A DNA stretch of 9,826 nucleotides, taken from NCBI GenBank assembly GCA_018985225.1, contig JADGIF010000374.1, forward strand, positions 1-9,826. Reading direction: 5' to 3'. The DNA comes from Amoeboradix gromovi X-113 (lineage: Eukaryota > Fungi > Sanchytriomycota). The number at the start of each line of letters is the position of its first letter. Position 1 is the first letter of the stretch. This document shows positions 1-8,378 of this stretch, in pieces. A program made the translations under genes and the position numbers. Below the pieces are notes generated by a model that was given only the letters and a program-made list of their open reading frames with translations, did no database searches and was not told the DNA's origin.

Positions 1-122
1 GGGATTGAAAGTAATGAAAGAAAATTAGTATAATAGAAGATCTTTTATTAATGATAGCATTTCCTCCGTATGGTGCACCTCCTTTAAAAACGAGTTAGTC
101 TAGTTTTTATATTTGGTGTCCC
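1..122 (+). mobile_element. 3' (right) end of a second copy of the TIR element at 9287-9724, in opposite orientation and running off the window start
   Basis: Hand alignment: 42-122 matches the reverse complement of 9287-9366 at about 71/81 positions. Similarity continues to position ~2 across a ~14-bp indel (GLKVMKE at 2-22 vs GMTLMKE at 9393-9373). 93-123 matches 9695-9725 at 29/31. Homology stops at ...TGTCCC(122). Confidence 0.75.
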
Positions 123-140
123 ACTCCTCAGAGATGAAAT
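42..140 (+). ncRNA. candidate Fanzor omega-RNA (scaffold ~42-122 plus flank-derived guide ~123-140), copy A
   Basis: Best-conserved part of the repeat. It lies between the putative nuclease C-terminus and the element end. Potential stems: CTCC-gtat-GGTG (64-75), CTC..GAG (79-94), TAAAAAC(85-91)/GTTTTTA(103-109). Function inferred from position only. Confidence 0.3.
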
Positions 141-279
141 TTTTCAAGTAATAGTCTCGACCAGTCAAATGGAGATAAGGACACTGTTAAATAAGATCCC
201 AAATGATTTCAAACTTATTGTAAATATTAAGATAATAAATTTACAGGTGCCATGAATCTGACAATATTTAAGCGAGATA

Positions 280-285
280 TTTATT
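280..285 (-). promoter_or_regulatory. putative AATAAA polyadenylation signal of URA2
   Basis: TTTATT at 280-285 reads AATAAA on the minus strand, 6 nt after the TGA stop (292-294). Such hexamers are common in AT-rich DNA. Confidence 0.4.
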
Positions 286-291
286 TATGTC

Positions 292-3200
292 TCAATGCTT
301 GTATACATCCATTATTAGGGCTAGTAGAGCCATTCTAACATACAAACCATATCTCATTTGTCTGAAATATACCGCTCTATCATCTTCATCTACCATTACA
401 TCAATCTCATCAACACGCGGTAATGGATGCATAACAATCATATTTGGCTTACATTTACTCAATGTCAACGGCGTAATTCTATAATACACACCTGACTTTT
501 CTTTTGTGCTCTCGGCTCGTTCTACTTGCATCCGTGTCACATACAGCACGTCAATAACCTCTAGTACTCCATCTGTCAACTCCACTTGTTCTGTGCACTT
601 GATGTTCTTTGATTTTACTAGCTCAATCAGTTCCAACGGTAGCCTCATCTCCAAACTGCTAATCAGCACTAGTTCTACGTTGTATAGCACTAATAGTTTA
701 ATCAGTGAGTGCACTGTTCTGCCGTTCTTCAAATCACCCACAATGCAGATTATAAGATTGTTAACTGTTCCTAATTCTTCCCTTATAGTATACACATCTA
801 GTAACGCTTGAGTGGGGTGCTCCTTGCTCCCATCTCCCCCGCTAATCAAAGGCACATTGCTGTAAGGTATCATTTGCTTAATTATGCCATTTTCCTTGTG
901 CCGCATTACTATAACATCCGTGTAGCTGCTTAATGATCGTATTGTATCCATAATGGACTCACCTTTGCATATACTGCTGTTTTCATTATTTATTATTATT
1001 GTGGATCCTCCCAATTTACACCACGCTGCTTGAAATGATGAGCTAGTCCTTGTTGAGGGCTCGACCATTAGAATGCCCATCACACATTTGCTTAATAATG
1101 TCGGTAATGTATGTTTTATCGTATTTGTCTTGAATTCATGAACACAATTGAACAAAAAGTGAAGGTCTGACCTTGTTATACCATCTACTGTTGTCAAATG
1201 CATGTGCTTAAATGGATTACTAGTTGTAGTTACAGGGGTAGCTGGAATTAGAGCAGAGGTGTATGCTGGAGCAGCTGCGGTAGTTGGAAGGACTGCTGAT
1301 ACTTGGAGTGATAGCGATCTACCTGCCAAAGAGCTGTTATCTACAACCATCCTCTTTGAAGCTGTGTAACTAGTGTCTATTAAAACTTTGTTATCTTGTA
1401 TCGTGTTTACATTGCTGTTCAGTGACAAGTGTAATAAATCATTGATTCCAGTACATAGCTTACACTCAAGTTGTTTAGCACTTAGCATAGACAAAAGTTG
1501 ATTAACATTCATACTAGGATGATGCGTTATAAAATCAACCATTTGCTGATGGTGCGGTGATAATAAAATGAACCGGTTAAATGGCACGCTTGTTGTAATG
1601 CCACTTTTCTTACTTGCTTCAATTCCATTTACCATGTCTAGGGTCTCTAAAGTACAGTCATACAAGTGGATTGATCTGTTTGACAGCTGGGATGCTAAAA
1701 GAGCATGCAGTGTATTAGTTCCATTATCAAGTACAAATGAAATGACATTATTGCTCACTATGGAATGAATATCGTTCCATGACTTTATTGTGTTTATGAC
1801 AGGTAAATTAATAGTGCACGTATCAAAGTGCTGTTCAGTATATGTAGCTGATGTTGGTGGTTGCACAAGTAGAGTGAATCCTTTTATGGGCTCAATGGCA
1901 GCGGTAGAGAATGTAAGCATAGTCAATCCTGGCAATTTAACAGTTAAATGGCTATTAATAACATCGCAATCTAATAAATCAAATTTATATCGTTTATCAA
2001 GAGCACTGATGAATAACTTGCAACATTTGATGTTAGTGATCAATGGGATGCAGTAATCAATGGCCATTCTACGAGATTTGTAACCGTTGCTCATATAATT
2101 AGCAGGTCGTCTATATTGATTTTTAGAAGGCAAATTAATGTATAAATCAATTTTCGACGACTGCAAGTAATACTGAAGATTGTACTCTTGTTTAAAGTTT
2201 GATAGTTCAAGTACTTTAACAGGGATATTATGCGAACTAATAAAATCAGCTGTGCCTTTAGTAGCAAATAAAGTAAACCCCAATGAGTTTAATAAATGGA
2301 TACTCGGCAGCAATTCTATTTTGTCATTAAACGAGCCAATACTAAGCAATATGTTCTGACGCGGAAGAGTAAAAGTAGCAGCCAACAAACCCTTTAAATA
2401 AGCTTCATATTTATCAGTGCCAAAACATGCGACTTCACCCGTTGAGGCCATTTCAACACCCAGCGTAGGATCAGCACCGCTGAGGCGGTTGAAACTGAAC
2501 TTGGGTACTTTGATAGCAACATAATTTGGATACGGAATCTGGTAAACTGATTCAATTTTGTTGTATTTAGCATCAAAATGAGTCAGAGGGAGATCTAAAA
2601 TAGCCAATGTAGCTAGTTCGATCATATCAAAGTCAAGCACTTTACTGATGAAAGGGAATGACCTACTAGCACGTACATTACACTCTATAACTTTAATAGA
2701 ATCGTTCTTGGCAATGAATTGAATATTGAGTGGACCTGTAACTACCAATGCGTCCGCAATTAACGTGGTGGCTAGATGTATTTTGTTGATAGTTTCAATT
2801 GATAGATCCTGAGGAGGACAAATTAAAGTAGCGTCACCAGAATGGACACCAGCATTTTCAACATGTTCACAAATAACCATGGCAAGTATTTTACCGTTTT
2901 TCGCAACCGCATCCATTTCAATCTCCTTGGCATTCTCTATATACTTTGTAATTACCACTGGAAATTCAGGGGATACATTTATAGCCTGGTTCAAATAATT
3001 TGATAAATCCTCCTGTTCGAATACAACATTCATTGCTGCTCCACTTAAAACATAACTAGGTCTGACGAGTACCGGATATTTGTTACTGCTCCATTCTTTG
3101 GCATGCTGAATTGATTGAAGTTCTTTCCATTCTGGTTGATCCACATCCAGAGAGTCCAAAAGCCTGCTGAATTTGTATCTATTCTCAGCGTTGTCTATCA

Positions 3201-6200
3201 TATCTGGATGGGTACCAAGTATGTTAACACCGTGTCTGTACAACGGAAGTGCTATGTTGTTGGGAGACTGACCTCCCATACTCATTATTAGTCCCTTGCT
3301 TTGTTCAAGAGAATATATATCCATTACTCTTTCAATAGTCAAATTCTCAAAGTACAATCTATCTGCTTCATCGAAATCGGTACTTACAGTCTCTGGGTTG
3401 TAGTTGATCATTATTGATTTAATATCGTTGCTTTGAAGGGTTTTTATTGTTTTTACAGCGCAGTAATCAAATTCTACACTACTTCCAATTCTGTAAACGC
3501 CACTCCCCAACACTATGACACCGTGAGTCTTAAACTCGATATCGTGTTTATTTGCATTATAAGTCATGTACAAATAATTAGTGTAGCAAGGGAACTCTGC
3601 GGCAACAGTGTCAATCTGCTTAACAAATGGAGTTATACCATGGATAAGTCTTAATTTCCGAATAATCAATTCCGATGTGATCCCAAAACAATGCGAGATT
3701 TGCGCATCGCTAAATCCTAAACATTTGCTACGACGTAATAGAGAGCTAGTCAACTGATTGATGTCCTTCAGTGCCGCAAGGCTTTGTGCATGATGGACGA
3801 TAGTTTGAAGACCTCTTAGAAACCATTTGTCGATTCTAGTTAAAGAGTACAACTCGTCAATACCCATTCCCTGTTCAAAGGCATAGGCAACTGCAAACAT
3901 TCTTCGATCAGTAGGGTGTTGTAATTCCACTAACAACTCATCCTCTGTGAAGTTATAATGAGATTGAAAACCATTAAAACTTGGTTCCACTGCTCGTATT
4001 GCTTTCTGGATGGCTTCCTCAAAAGTACGACCAATACTCATAACCTCGCCAACACTCTTCATGGAAGTACCAATCTTACTGCTAACTCTATTAAACTTTC
4101 TTAGGTCCCATCTAGGCATCTTGATGACTATGTAATCCAAGGATGGCTCGAAGCAAGCAGTTGTCTTTAATGTCACCTGATTAATTATTTTATATAAAGG
4201 GATGTTAAGACCTAATTGAGCAGCTACAAACGCTAATGGATAACCTGTTGCTTTGCTTGCCAATGCGCTACTTCTACTCAATCTTGCATTTACTTCGATG
4301 ATGAAGTAATCCCTGGTGATCGGATCTACAGCATACTGAATATTACACTCGCCAACTACCCCCAGTTCTCTGATCACGTGTAATGCTGTGTTTCTCAATC
4401 GCTGATAATCTAGGTCACTCAGTGTTTGTGAAGGACAAACAACGATTGAATCACCAGTATGAATTCCTAAGGGATCCAAGTTTTCCATATTGCAAACAGT
4501 AATACAATTATCATATGCATCTCTTACTACCTCGTACTCAAATTCCTGCCATCCTTTGAAAGACTTCTCCAACAGCACTTGCGGACTGTTCATTAATGCT
4601 ATAGACACCAGTTCTGTTAGTTCATCTGCATTATCAGCAAATCCACTTCCCAATCCACCCAGTGCGTACGCAGCTCTACAAATAACTGGATAACCGATTT
4701 CACCAGCAACTTGCAAAGCGTCTTCTAAATTATCAGCTGACTTATTGTGCGCAGTAGGCTCATTAATGGATGTTAAAAATTCTGCAAACTTATCTCTATC
4801 CTCGCTCATTATTATTGCATCGATTGGAGTACCCAGGACCTTAACGCCTAAAGTTTCAAATTCGTTCTTCATCTCTACACCAATGTTCAATGCTGTTTGA
4901 CCTCCAAATGTACAGTAAATACCATCAGGCTTTTCTTTAACGATAACCTTACGAACAAACTCACTAGTAATGGGTAAGAAATACACTTTATCAGCTAAAC
5001 CCTTTGTTGTTTGATTAGTTGCAATGTTGGGATTTATAAGAATAGTGGTTATACCCTGCTGCTTTAATGCTTTGATACACTGGCTACCACTATAATCAAA
5101 CTCTCCTGCTTGTCCAATAGATAAGCCACCACTTCCAAGCACAAGCACTTTTTTAACGTTGACTTGCTTATTAATAAAAGGCGTACTGCAACTGAAAGGA
5201 CAGTTCAACTTCATAGATTGCTTAAATAAATCAAACAGAAATTCAGTATCGTGAGGCCCCGGATTATGCTCAGGGTGAAATTGCACCGAAGCCCATGGTA
5301 GGGATGGATGAATCAAACCCTCATTTGATTGATCATTGGCATTGATAAACCATTCATCGAATCCTGTAGGGAGCGTTGTGATGGCAAAACCGTGATTTTG
5401 AGAAGACATGTGGCATCTATGAGTGTATTTGTCCAGCACAGGAATGTTCATACCACGGTTACCGTACTGCATTTTGGAAGATTTTCCACCGGCGGCTAAT
5501 GCAAACAGCTGATGCCCGAGACATATACCGAATATTGGCATAACTTGATAGGATTTATTACCAGAAAGACTTGCCTGTTCGCTTTTAATAACTGACTGCA
5601 ACTGTTGGATTGCATAAGTGACCATTGATGGATCACCAGGGCCATTGCTAAGAAACAAACCCTGAATTGCATAGCTTACAGAGTCAATTAGGATAGATTT
5701 TGACTGAATTGGAGCCACAATATCGAAGTTCCATGGTACTTGAATGACTTGAATACTACGAGCTAGAAAATTGTTGATCTGATTTGATTTGATGCCGAAG
5801 TCCACTGCTAAGACGGTGAAGTCAACTTGCTTTGGGCTGTGGATCAGCACTTTCGAGGTGGACACAGAAGCAACCAAATTTTCAGAGTTGATATCAATAT
5901 ATGGTACATCAACATTATTAAGTACAACTTTACATTTGCAACTGCCATTTTCTCTCAAGTATTGGGTAAGCTCTCGAGTGTCGATACCCTGAATACCTAT
6001 AACACCTTCTTCTTTCAACCATTGATCTAATTCGATGTTGCTTTTTGAATGACTGCTTTGATGCAAGGTCTGGATAATTAAGGCTTTTGCCCAGATTCGA
6101 CTGCTTTCTAACTCACTTTTTTTTACCCCATAACTGCCCACTAATGGATATGTGCTAACCAACATTTGCTTGTGATAGCTGGGATCTGTCAGCGCCTGCG

Positions 6201-6312
6201 GATACCCTACCATGTTTGTCATGAATACTAGTTCTCCAGAGCAGCTTTCTTGGTGACCAAATGCTTTTGCTTTAAAAGTTGGACCATTTTCAATTCGCAG
6301 TTCACAATCCAT
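292..6312 (-). CDS. URA2: Multifunctional pyrimidine biosynthesis protein, fungal Ura2/CAD type: glutamine amidotransferase + carbamoyl-phosphate synthetase + inactive DHO-like domain + aspartate carbamoyltransferase
   Basis: Uninterrupted 2006-aa ORF. GATase: LTDPSY, SNGPGDP, GICLGHQ (Cys264), SQNHGF, QFHPEH (His346/Glu348). CPSase: GSGGLSIGQAGEFDYSG, NPNIAT, IEVNARLSRSSALASKATGYPLA, GSGVYRIGSSVEFD, NYNPETVSTD, VRPSYVLSG, EHVENAGVHSGDA, IECNVRASRSFPF, LGVEMASTGEVA. ATCase from ~aa1699: EPSTRTSSSF, HPTQALLD, GDLKNGRTVHSL, HPLPR. The DHO region begins LPGL (aa1460) but lacks the DxHxH metal motif. Confidence 0.97.
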   Translation of the reverse strand: MDCELRIENGPTFKAKAFGHQESCSGELVFMTNMVGYPQALTDPSYHKQMLVSTYPLVGSYGVKKSELESSRIWAKALIIQTLHQSSHSKSNIELDQWLKEEGVIGIQGIDTRELTQYLRENGSCKCKVVLNNVDVPYIDINSENLVASVSTSKVLIHSPKQVDFTVLAVDFGIKSNQINNFLARSIQVIQVPWNFDIVAPIQSKSILIDSVSYAIQGLFLSNGPGDPSMVTYAIQQLQSVIKSEQASLSGNKSYQVMPIFGICLGHQLFALAAGGKSSKMQYGNRGMNIPVLDKYTHRCHMSSQNHGFAITTLPTGFDEWFINANDQSNEGLIHPSLPWASVQFHPEHNPGPHDTEFLFDLFKQSMKLNCPFSCSTPFINKQVNVKKVLVLGSGGLSIGQAGEFDYSGSQCIKALKQQGITTILINPNIATNQTTKGLADKVYFLPITSEFVRKVIVKEKPDGIYCTFGGQTALNIGVEMKNEFETLGVKVLGTPIDAIIMSEDRDKFAEFLTSINEPTAHNKSADNLEDALQVAGEIGYPVICRAAYALGGLGSGFADNADELTELVSIALMNSPQVLLEKSFKGWQEFEYEVVRDAYDNCITVCNMENLDPLGIHTGDSIVVCPSQTLSDLDYQRLRNTALHVIRELGVVGECNIQYAVDPITRDYFIIEVNARLSRSSALASKATGYPLAFVAAQLGLNIPLYKIINQVTLKTTACFEPSLDYIVIKMPRWDLRKFNRVSSKIGTSMKSVGEVMSIGRTFEEAIQKAIRAVEPSFNGFQSHYNFTEDELLVELQHPTDRRMFAVAYAFEQGMGIDELYSLTRIDKWFLRGLQTIVHHAQSLAALKDINQLTSSLLRRSKCLGFSDAQISHCFGITSELIIRKLRLIHGITPFVKQIDTVAAEFPCYTNYLYMTYNANKHDIEFKTHGVIVLGSGVYRIGSSVEFDYCAVKTIKTLQSNDIKSIMINYNPETVSTDFDEADRLYFENLTIERVMDIYSLEQSKGLIMSMGGQSPNNIALPLYRHGVNILGTHPDMIDNAENRYKFSRLLDSLDVDQPEWKELQSIQHAKEWSSNKYPVLVRPSYVLSGAAMNVVFEQEDLSNYLNQAINVSPEFPVVITKYIENAKEIEMDAVAKNGKILAMVICEHVENAGVHSGDATLICPPQDLSIETINKIHLATTLIADALVVTGPLNIQFIAKNDSIKVIECNVRASRSFPFISKVLDFDMIELATLAILDLPLTHFDAKYNKIESVYQIPYPNYVAIKVPKFSFNRLSGADPTLGVEMASTGEVACFGTDKYEAYLKGLLAATFTLPRQNILLSIGSFNDKIELLPSIHLLNSLGFTLFATKGTADFISSHNIPVKVLELSNFKQEYNLQYYLQSSKIDLYINLPSKNQYRRPANYMSNGYKSRRMAIDYCIPLITNIKCCKLFISALDKRYKFDLLDCDVINSHLTVKLPGLTMLTFSTAAIEPIKGFTLLVQPPTSATYTEQHFDTCTINLPVINTIKSWNDIHSIVSNNVISFVLDNGTNTLHALLASQLSNRSIHLYDCTLETLDMVNGIEASKKSGITTSVPFNRFILLSPHHQQMVDFITHHPSMNVNQLLSMLSAKQLECKLCTGINDLLHLSLNSNVNTIQDNKVLIDTSYTASKRMVVDNSSLAGRSLSLQVSAVLPTTAAAPAYTSALIPATPVTTTSNPFKHMHLTTVDGITRSDLHFLFNCVHEFKTNTIKHTLPTLLSKCVMGILMVEPSTRTSSSFQAAWCKLGGSTIIINNENSSICKGESIMDTIRSLSSYTDVIVMRHKENGIIKQMIPYSNVPLISGGDGSKEHPTQALLDVYTIREELGTVNNLIICIVGDLKNGRTVHSLIKLLVLYNVELVLISSLEMRLPLELIELVKSKNIKCTEQVELTDGVLEVIDVLYVTRMQVERAESTKEKSGVYYRITPLTLSKCKPNMIVMHPLPRVDEIDVMVDEDDRAVYFRQMRYGLYVRMALLALIMDVYKH

Positions 6313-6579
6313 TGTTGATTCAGATTGATCTCCTACATTATGTGTTCCTGAGGGGAAAATATGGAGGCAATCAGCTATCTGTTGTAATTGAATAATTCAT
6401 TTATCATGACTACATGAGATATATCGCTTCAATATGTTCTCTTTCTAGACCTTCCTTAATGCACGAAAACTCGAAAATCTTTCTTTAGATCAGTCGCAAA
6501 TGGCCCTAATGGTCAGTTCCTGAAAAATCCAGTCCTAAGTGATCACTAATTGATTCAGAATACCGTCATTTACATTAAA

Positions 6580-6785
6580 TGTAATGAAACACAAAATAAC
6601 GCAGAAAAAAAATAGCACAAGATACTGGTGGAATATAAAAGAGCATTTATTAGTCAAACGTGCATAGGTTGTGGAGTCTTAAGAGAGGCAATTCGACCAA
6701 CTTGCTATGTCAGTTTCTCTGTTGAAATTCTAGATTTTCTCGTAAATCAAGATTTCTAAAGGGGAGTATAAGAGAATATCAACAT
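6580..6785 (+). pseudogene. possible highly degraded TnpB/Fanzor C-terminal fragment
   Basis: Frame from 6601 reads AEKK*HKILVEYKRAFISQTCIGCG (cf. xAYTSQTCxxCG). A shifted frame at 6711-6737 reads QFLC*NSRF (cf. FxCxxCGF). The original frame at 6739-6780 reads LVNQDF*RGV*ENI (cf. xxDRDxNAAxNI). Needs two compensating frameshifts. Confidence 0.3.
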
Positions 6786-7215
6786 AATAGTGTTAACAAT
6801 TTTCAGGTTTTAAAGACAGTTTAGCAATTGGTTATAATGATTTGTCAACTAAAATGCAGGTGGGAAAAACGTAGAACATTTGCACTTGACTAGTTCAGCT
6901 TGAAATGATTGTTTTTAACAGCTTTTCCAGTTATTGTAATGCATTTCCACACTGCAGTACAATGAGTCACATTAGAAATTCAATAGTTTTTATGAACATG
7001 AAAACCAGTGCCGTGGCAAAATGTTTGCCATTTTTATGCATTAGGCCCATATACTCAAAAATGCGAGTTATGGTACTTGATTCTAGTACGTCATGGGTGT
7101 TTGCGTTTCCAAGATTGCAGCCTTGATTCCATAGAGCTTCAATATCCGTTTGAATTATTATGGTCCAAAATCGCAAAATTGAAACCTGCAAGCTATAAAT
7201 AACGCAGAATCCAAC

Positions 7216-7227
7216 ATATATATATAT
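7216..7227 (+). repeat. (AT)6 microsatellite directly abutting the subtilisin start codon
   Basis: ATATATATATAT followed immediately by ATG at 7228. Confidence 0.6.
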
Positions 7228-8351
7228 ATGATTTTCACTAATCTTGTTGCTGCAACTCTTAATGACTACATTGTGCAATATCAGGCAAACTCCGACGTGG
7301 AGGCCGATATAGTAATTGGTGATTTCAAGGCTAGTCTTTTAAAGATAACTGATCAAGAAGCTTTGAAGATGCACAAGTCTGAAGGTGTCAAATCAGTTGA
7401 GAAAGATTCGCTTTTTCATACATTAGATACCCAGGAAAGCCCTATCAGTTGGGGCCTAGACAGAATTGATAGCAGATCTGGATTGGACTCAAAGTATGTA
7501 TATCCAACAACTGGCGGAGCTGGTGTAACTGTATATGTTATCGATACTGGAATAAATGTCGCTCATGATGATTTTGAAGGGCGTGCAACTTTTGGATATG
7601 ACGCAACAGGTGAGGGTAAATTCGATGGAAATGGTCATGGCAGTCATGTTGCCGGCACAATTGGTGGTAAAGAATATGGAGTTGCAAAGAAGGTTGATTT
7701 AGTGGCTGTAAAAGTATTAACTAGCGGTGGTTCTGGAACTAACGCTGGAGTCCTAAAAGGAATACAATGGGCTTACAACGACTCAAAGAAGAAGAGTGGA
7801 AAGACAGTAGGTAACATGTCATTAGGCGGAGGTTATAGCAAAGCACTTAACGATGCTATTGCAGCAGCTGTTAAGAACGGGCTAGTGATGGTTGTTGCAG
7901 CAGGTAACGATGGTGATGATTCATGCAAATTGAGCCCTGCATCAGCACCTGATGCAATAACAGTTGCAGCTGTAGATAGAACTGATACTTTAGCTTATTT
8001 CAGTAGCTGGGGTAGCTGTGTCGACATTGCAGCACCTGGTGTTGACATTACCTCGGTTTGGAAAGGATCGTCTGATGCTACAAAAACAATCTCAGGCACC
8101 AGTATGGCCTCTCCTCACGTTGTATCTCGATATTAATATAGGCTGGAGTTGTGGCTCTATACTTTGGAGAAGGTAGTACACCAGAGTTTATGATTCAGAA
8201 TGCATCCAAAGATGTGCTTTTTGAATTACCAAATGGAACCAAAAACCTGTATCTGTACAATCAGCCAACCATAGTACAAAGAAAAAAATCAGCTTTGAGA
8301 TCAAGATTATCCGCCCTTAAAGCCAACGAAAAATGGGGGTTTTCTCAATAA
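7228..8351 (+). CDS. Subtilisin-like serine protease (S8A, proteinase K family) with short signal peptide and I9-like propeptide; join(7228..8121,8142..8351), 367 aa
   Basis: Propeptide motifs YIV and VKSVEKD. Mature region SWGLDRID, VYVIDTG (Asp106), GNGHGSHVAG (His137), NMSLGG, AAGN (Asn227), DIAAPG, SGTSMASPHV (Ser292). Removing 8122-8141 gives the canonical SPHV-AGVVALY and joins the 7228..8136 and 8151..8351 ORFs. Stop TAA at 8349-8351. Confidence 0.92.
8122..8141 (+). other. 20-nt spliceosomal GT-AG micro-intron (phase 0)
   Basis: GTATCTCGATATTAATATAG: starts GTA, ends TAG, AT-rich, carries an in-frame TAA, length not a multiple of 3. Exact excision restores the conserved subtilisin motif with no missing or extra residue. 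Confidence 0.85.
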
Positions 8352-8352
8352 A
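8347..8352 (+). promoter_or_regulatory. putative AATAAA polyadenylation signal overlapping the subtilisin stop codon
   Basis: caa TAA a gives AATAAA at 8347-8352. Confidence 0.4.
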
Positions 8353-8378
8353 TAGACTATAGAACAACTTACACATTT

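Noticed and set aside
45-90. Opposite-strand reading KGGAPYGGNAIINK (and KRGAP*GGNAIINK at ~9323-9364), reminiscent of the GRPYGGVAIL motif of LINE endonucleases
   Set aside because: No other endonuclease or reverse-transcriptase motifs are nearby, and the segment abuts a paired TIR, which fits a DNA element better. Not formally excluded.
287-6030. Short ORFs overlapping URA2 (287..484, 506..811, 1568..1768, 1790..2056, 2394..2576, 3433..3654, 4490..4693, 5789..5992, 5827..6030)
   Set aside because: Antisense or alternate-frame shadows of a strongly conserved CDS, with no recognisable motifs.
6538-6585. Short palindromes AGTGATCACT and TTACATT-A-AATGTAA in the divergent intergenic region
   Set aside because: Short and AT-rich, expected by chance, with no second copy.
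6905-7278. ORFs 6905..7126, 6967..7278 and 7008..7202; QTDIEALWNQ looks vaguely like a DDE transposase IExxW motif
   Set aside because: No supporting DDE motifs. The ORFs are short and mutually overlapping, and one overlaps the protease start.
8151-8351. Independent 66-aa ORF
   Set aside because: It is exon 2 of the subtilisin.
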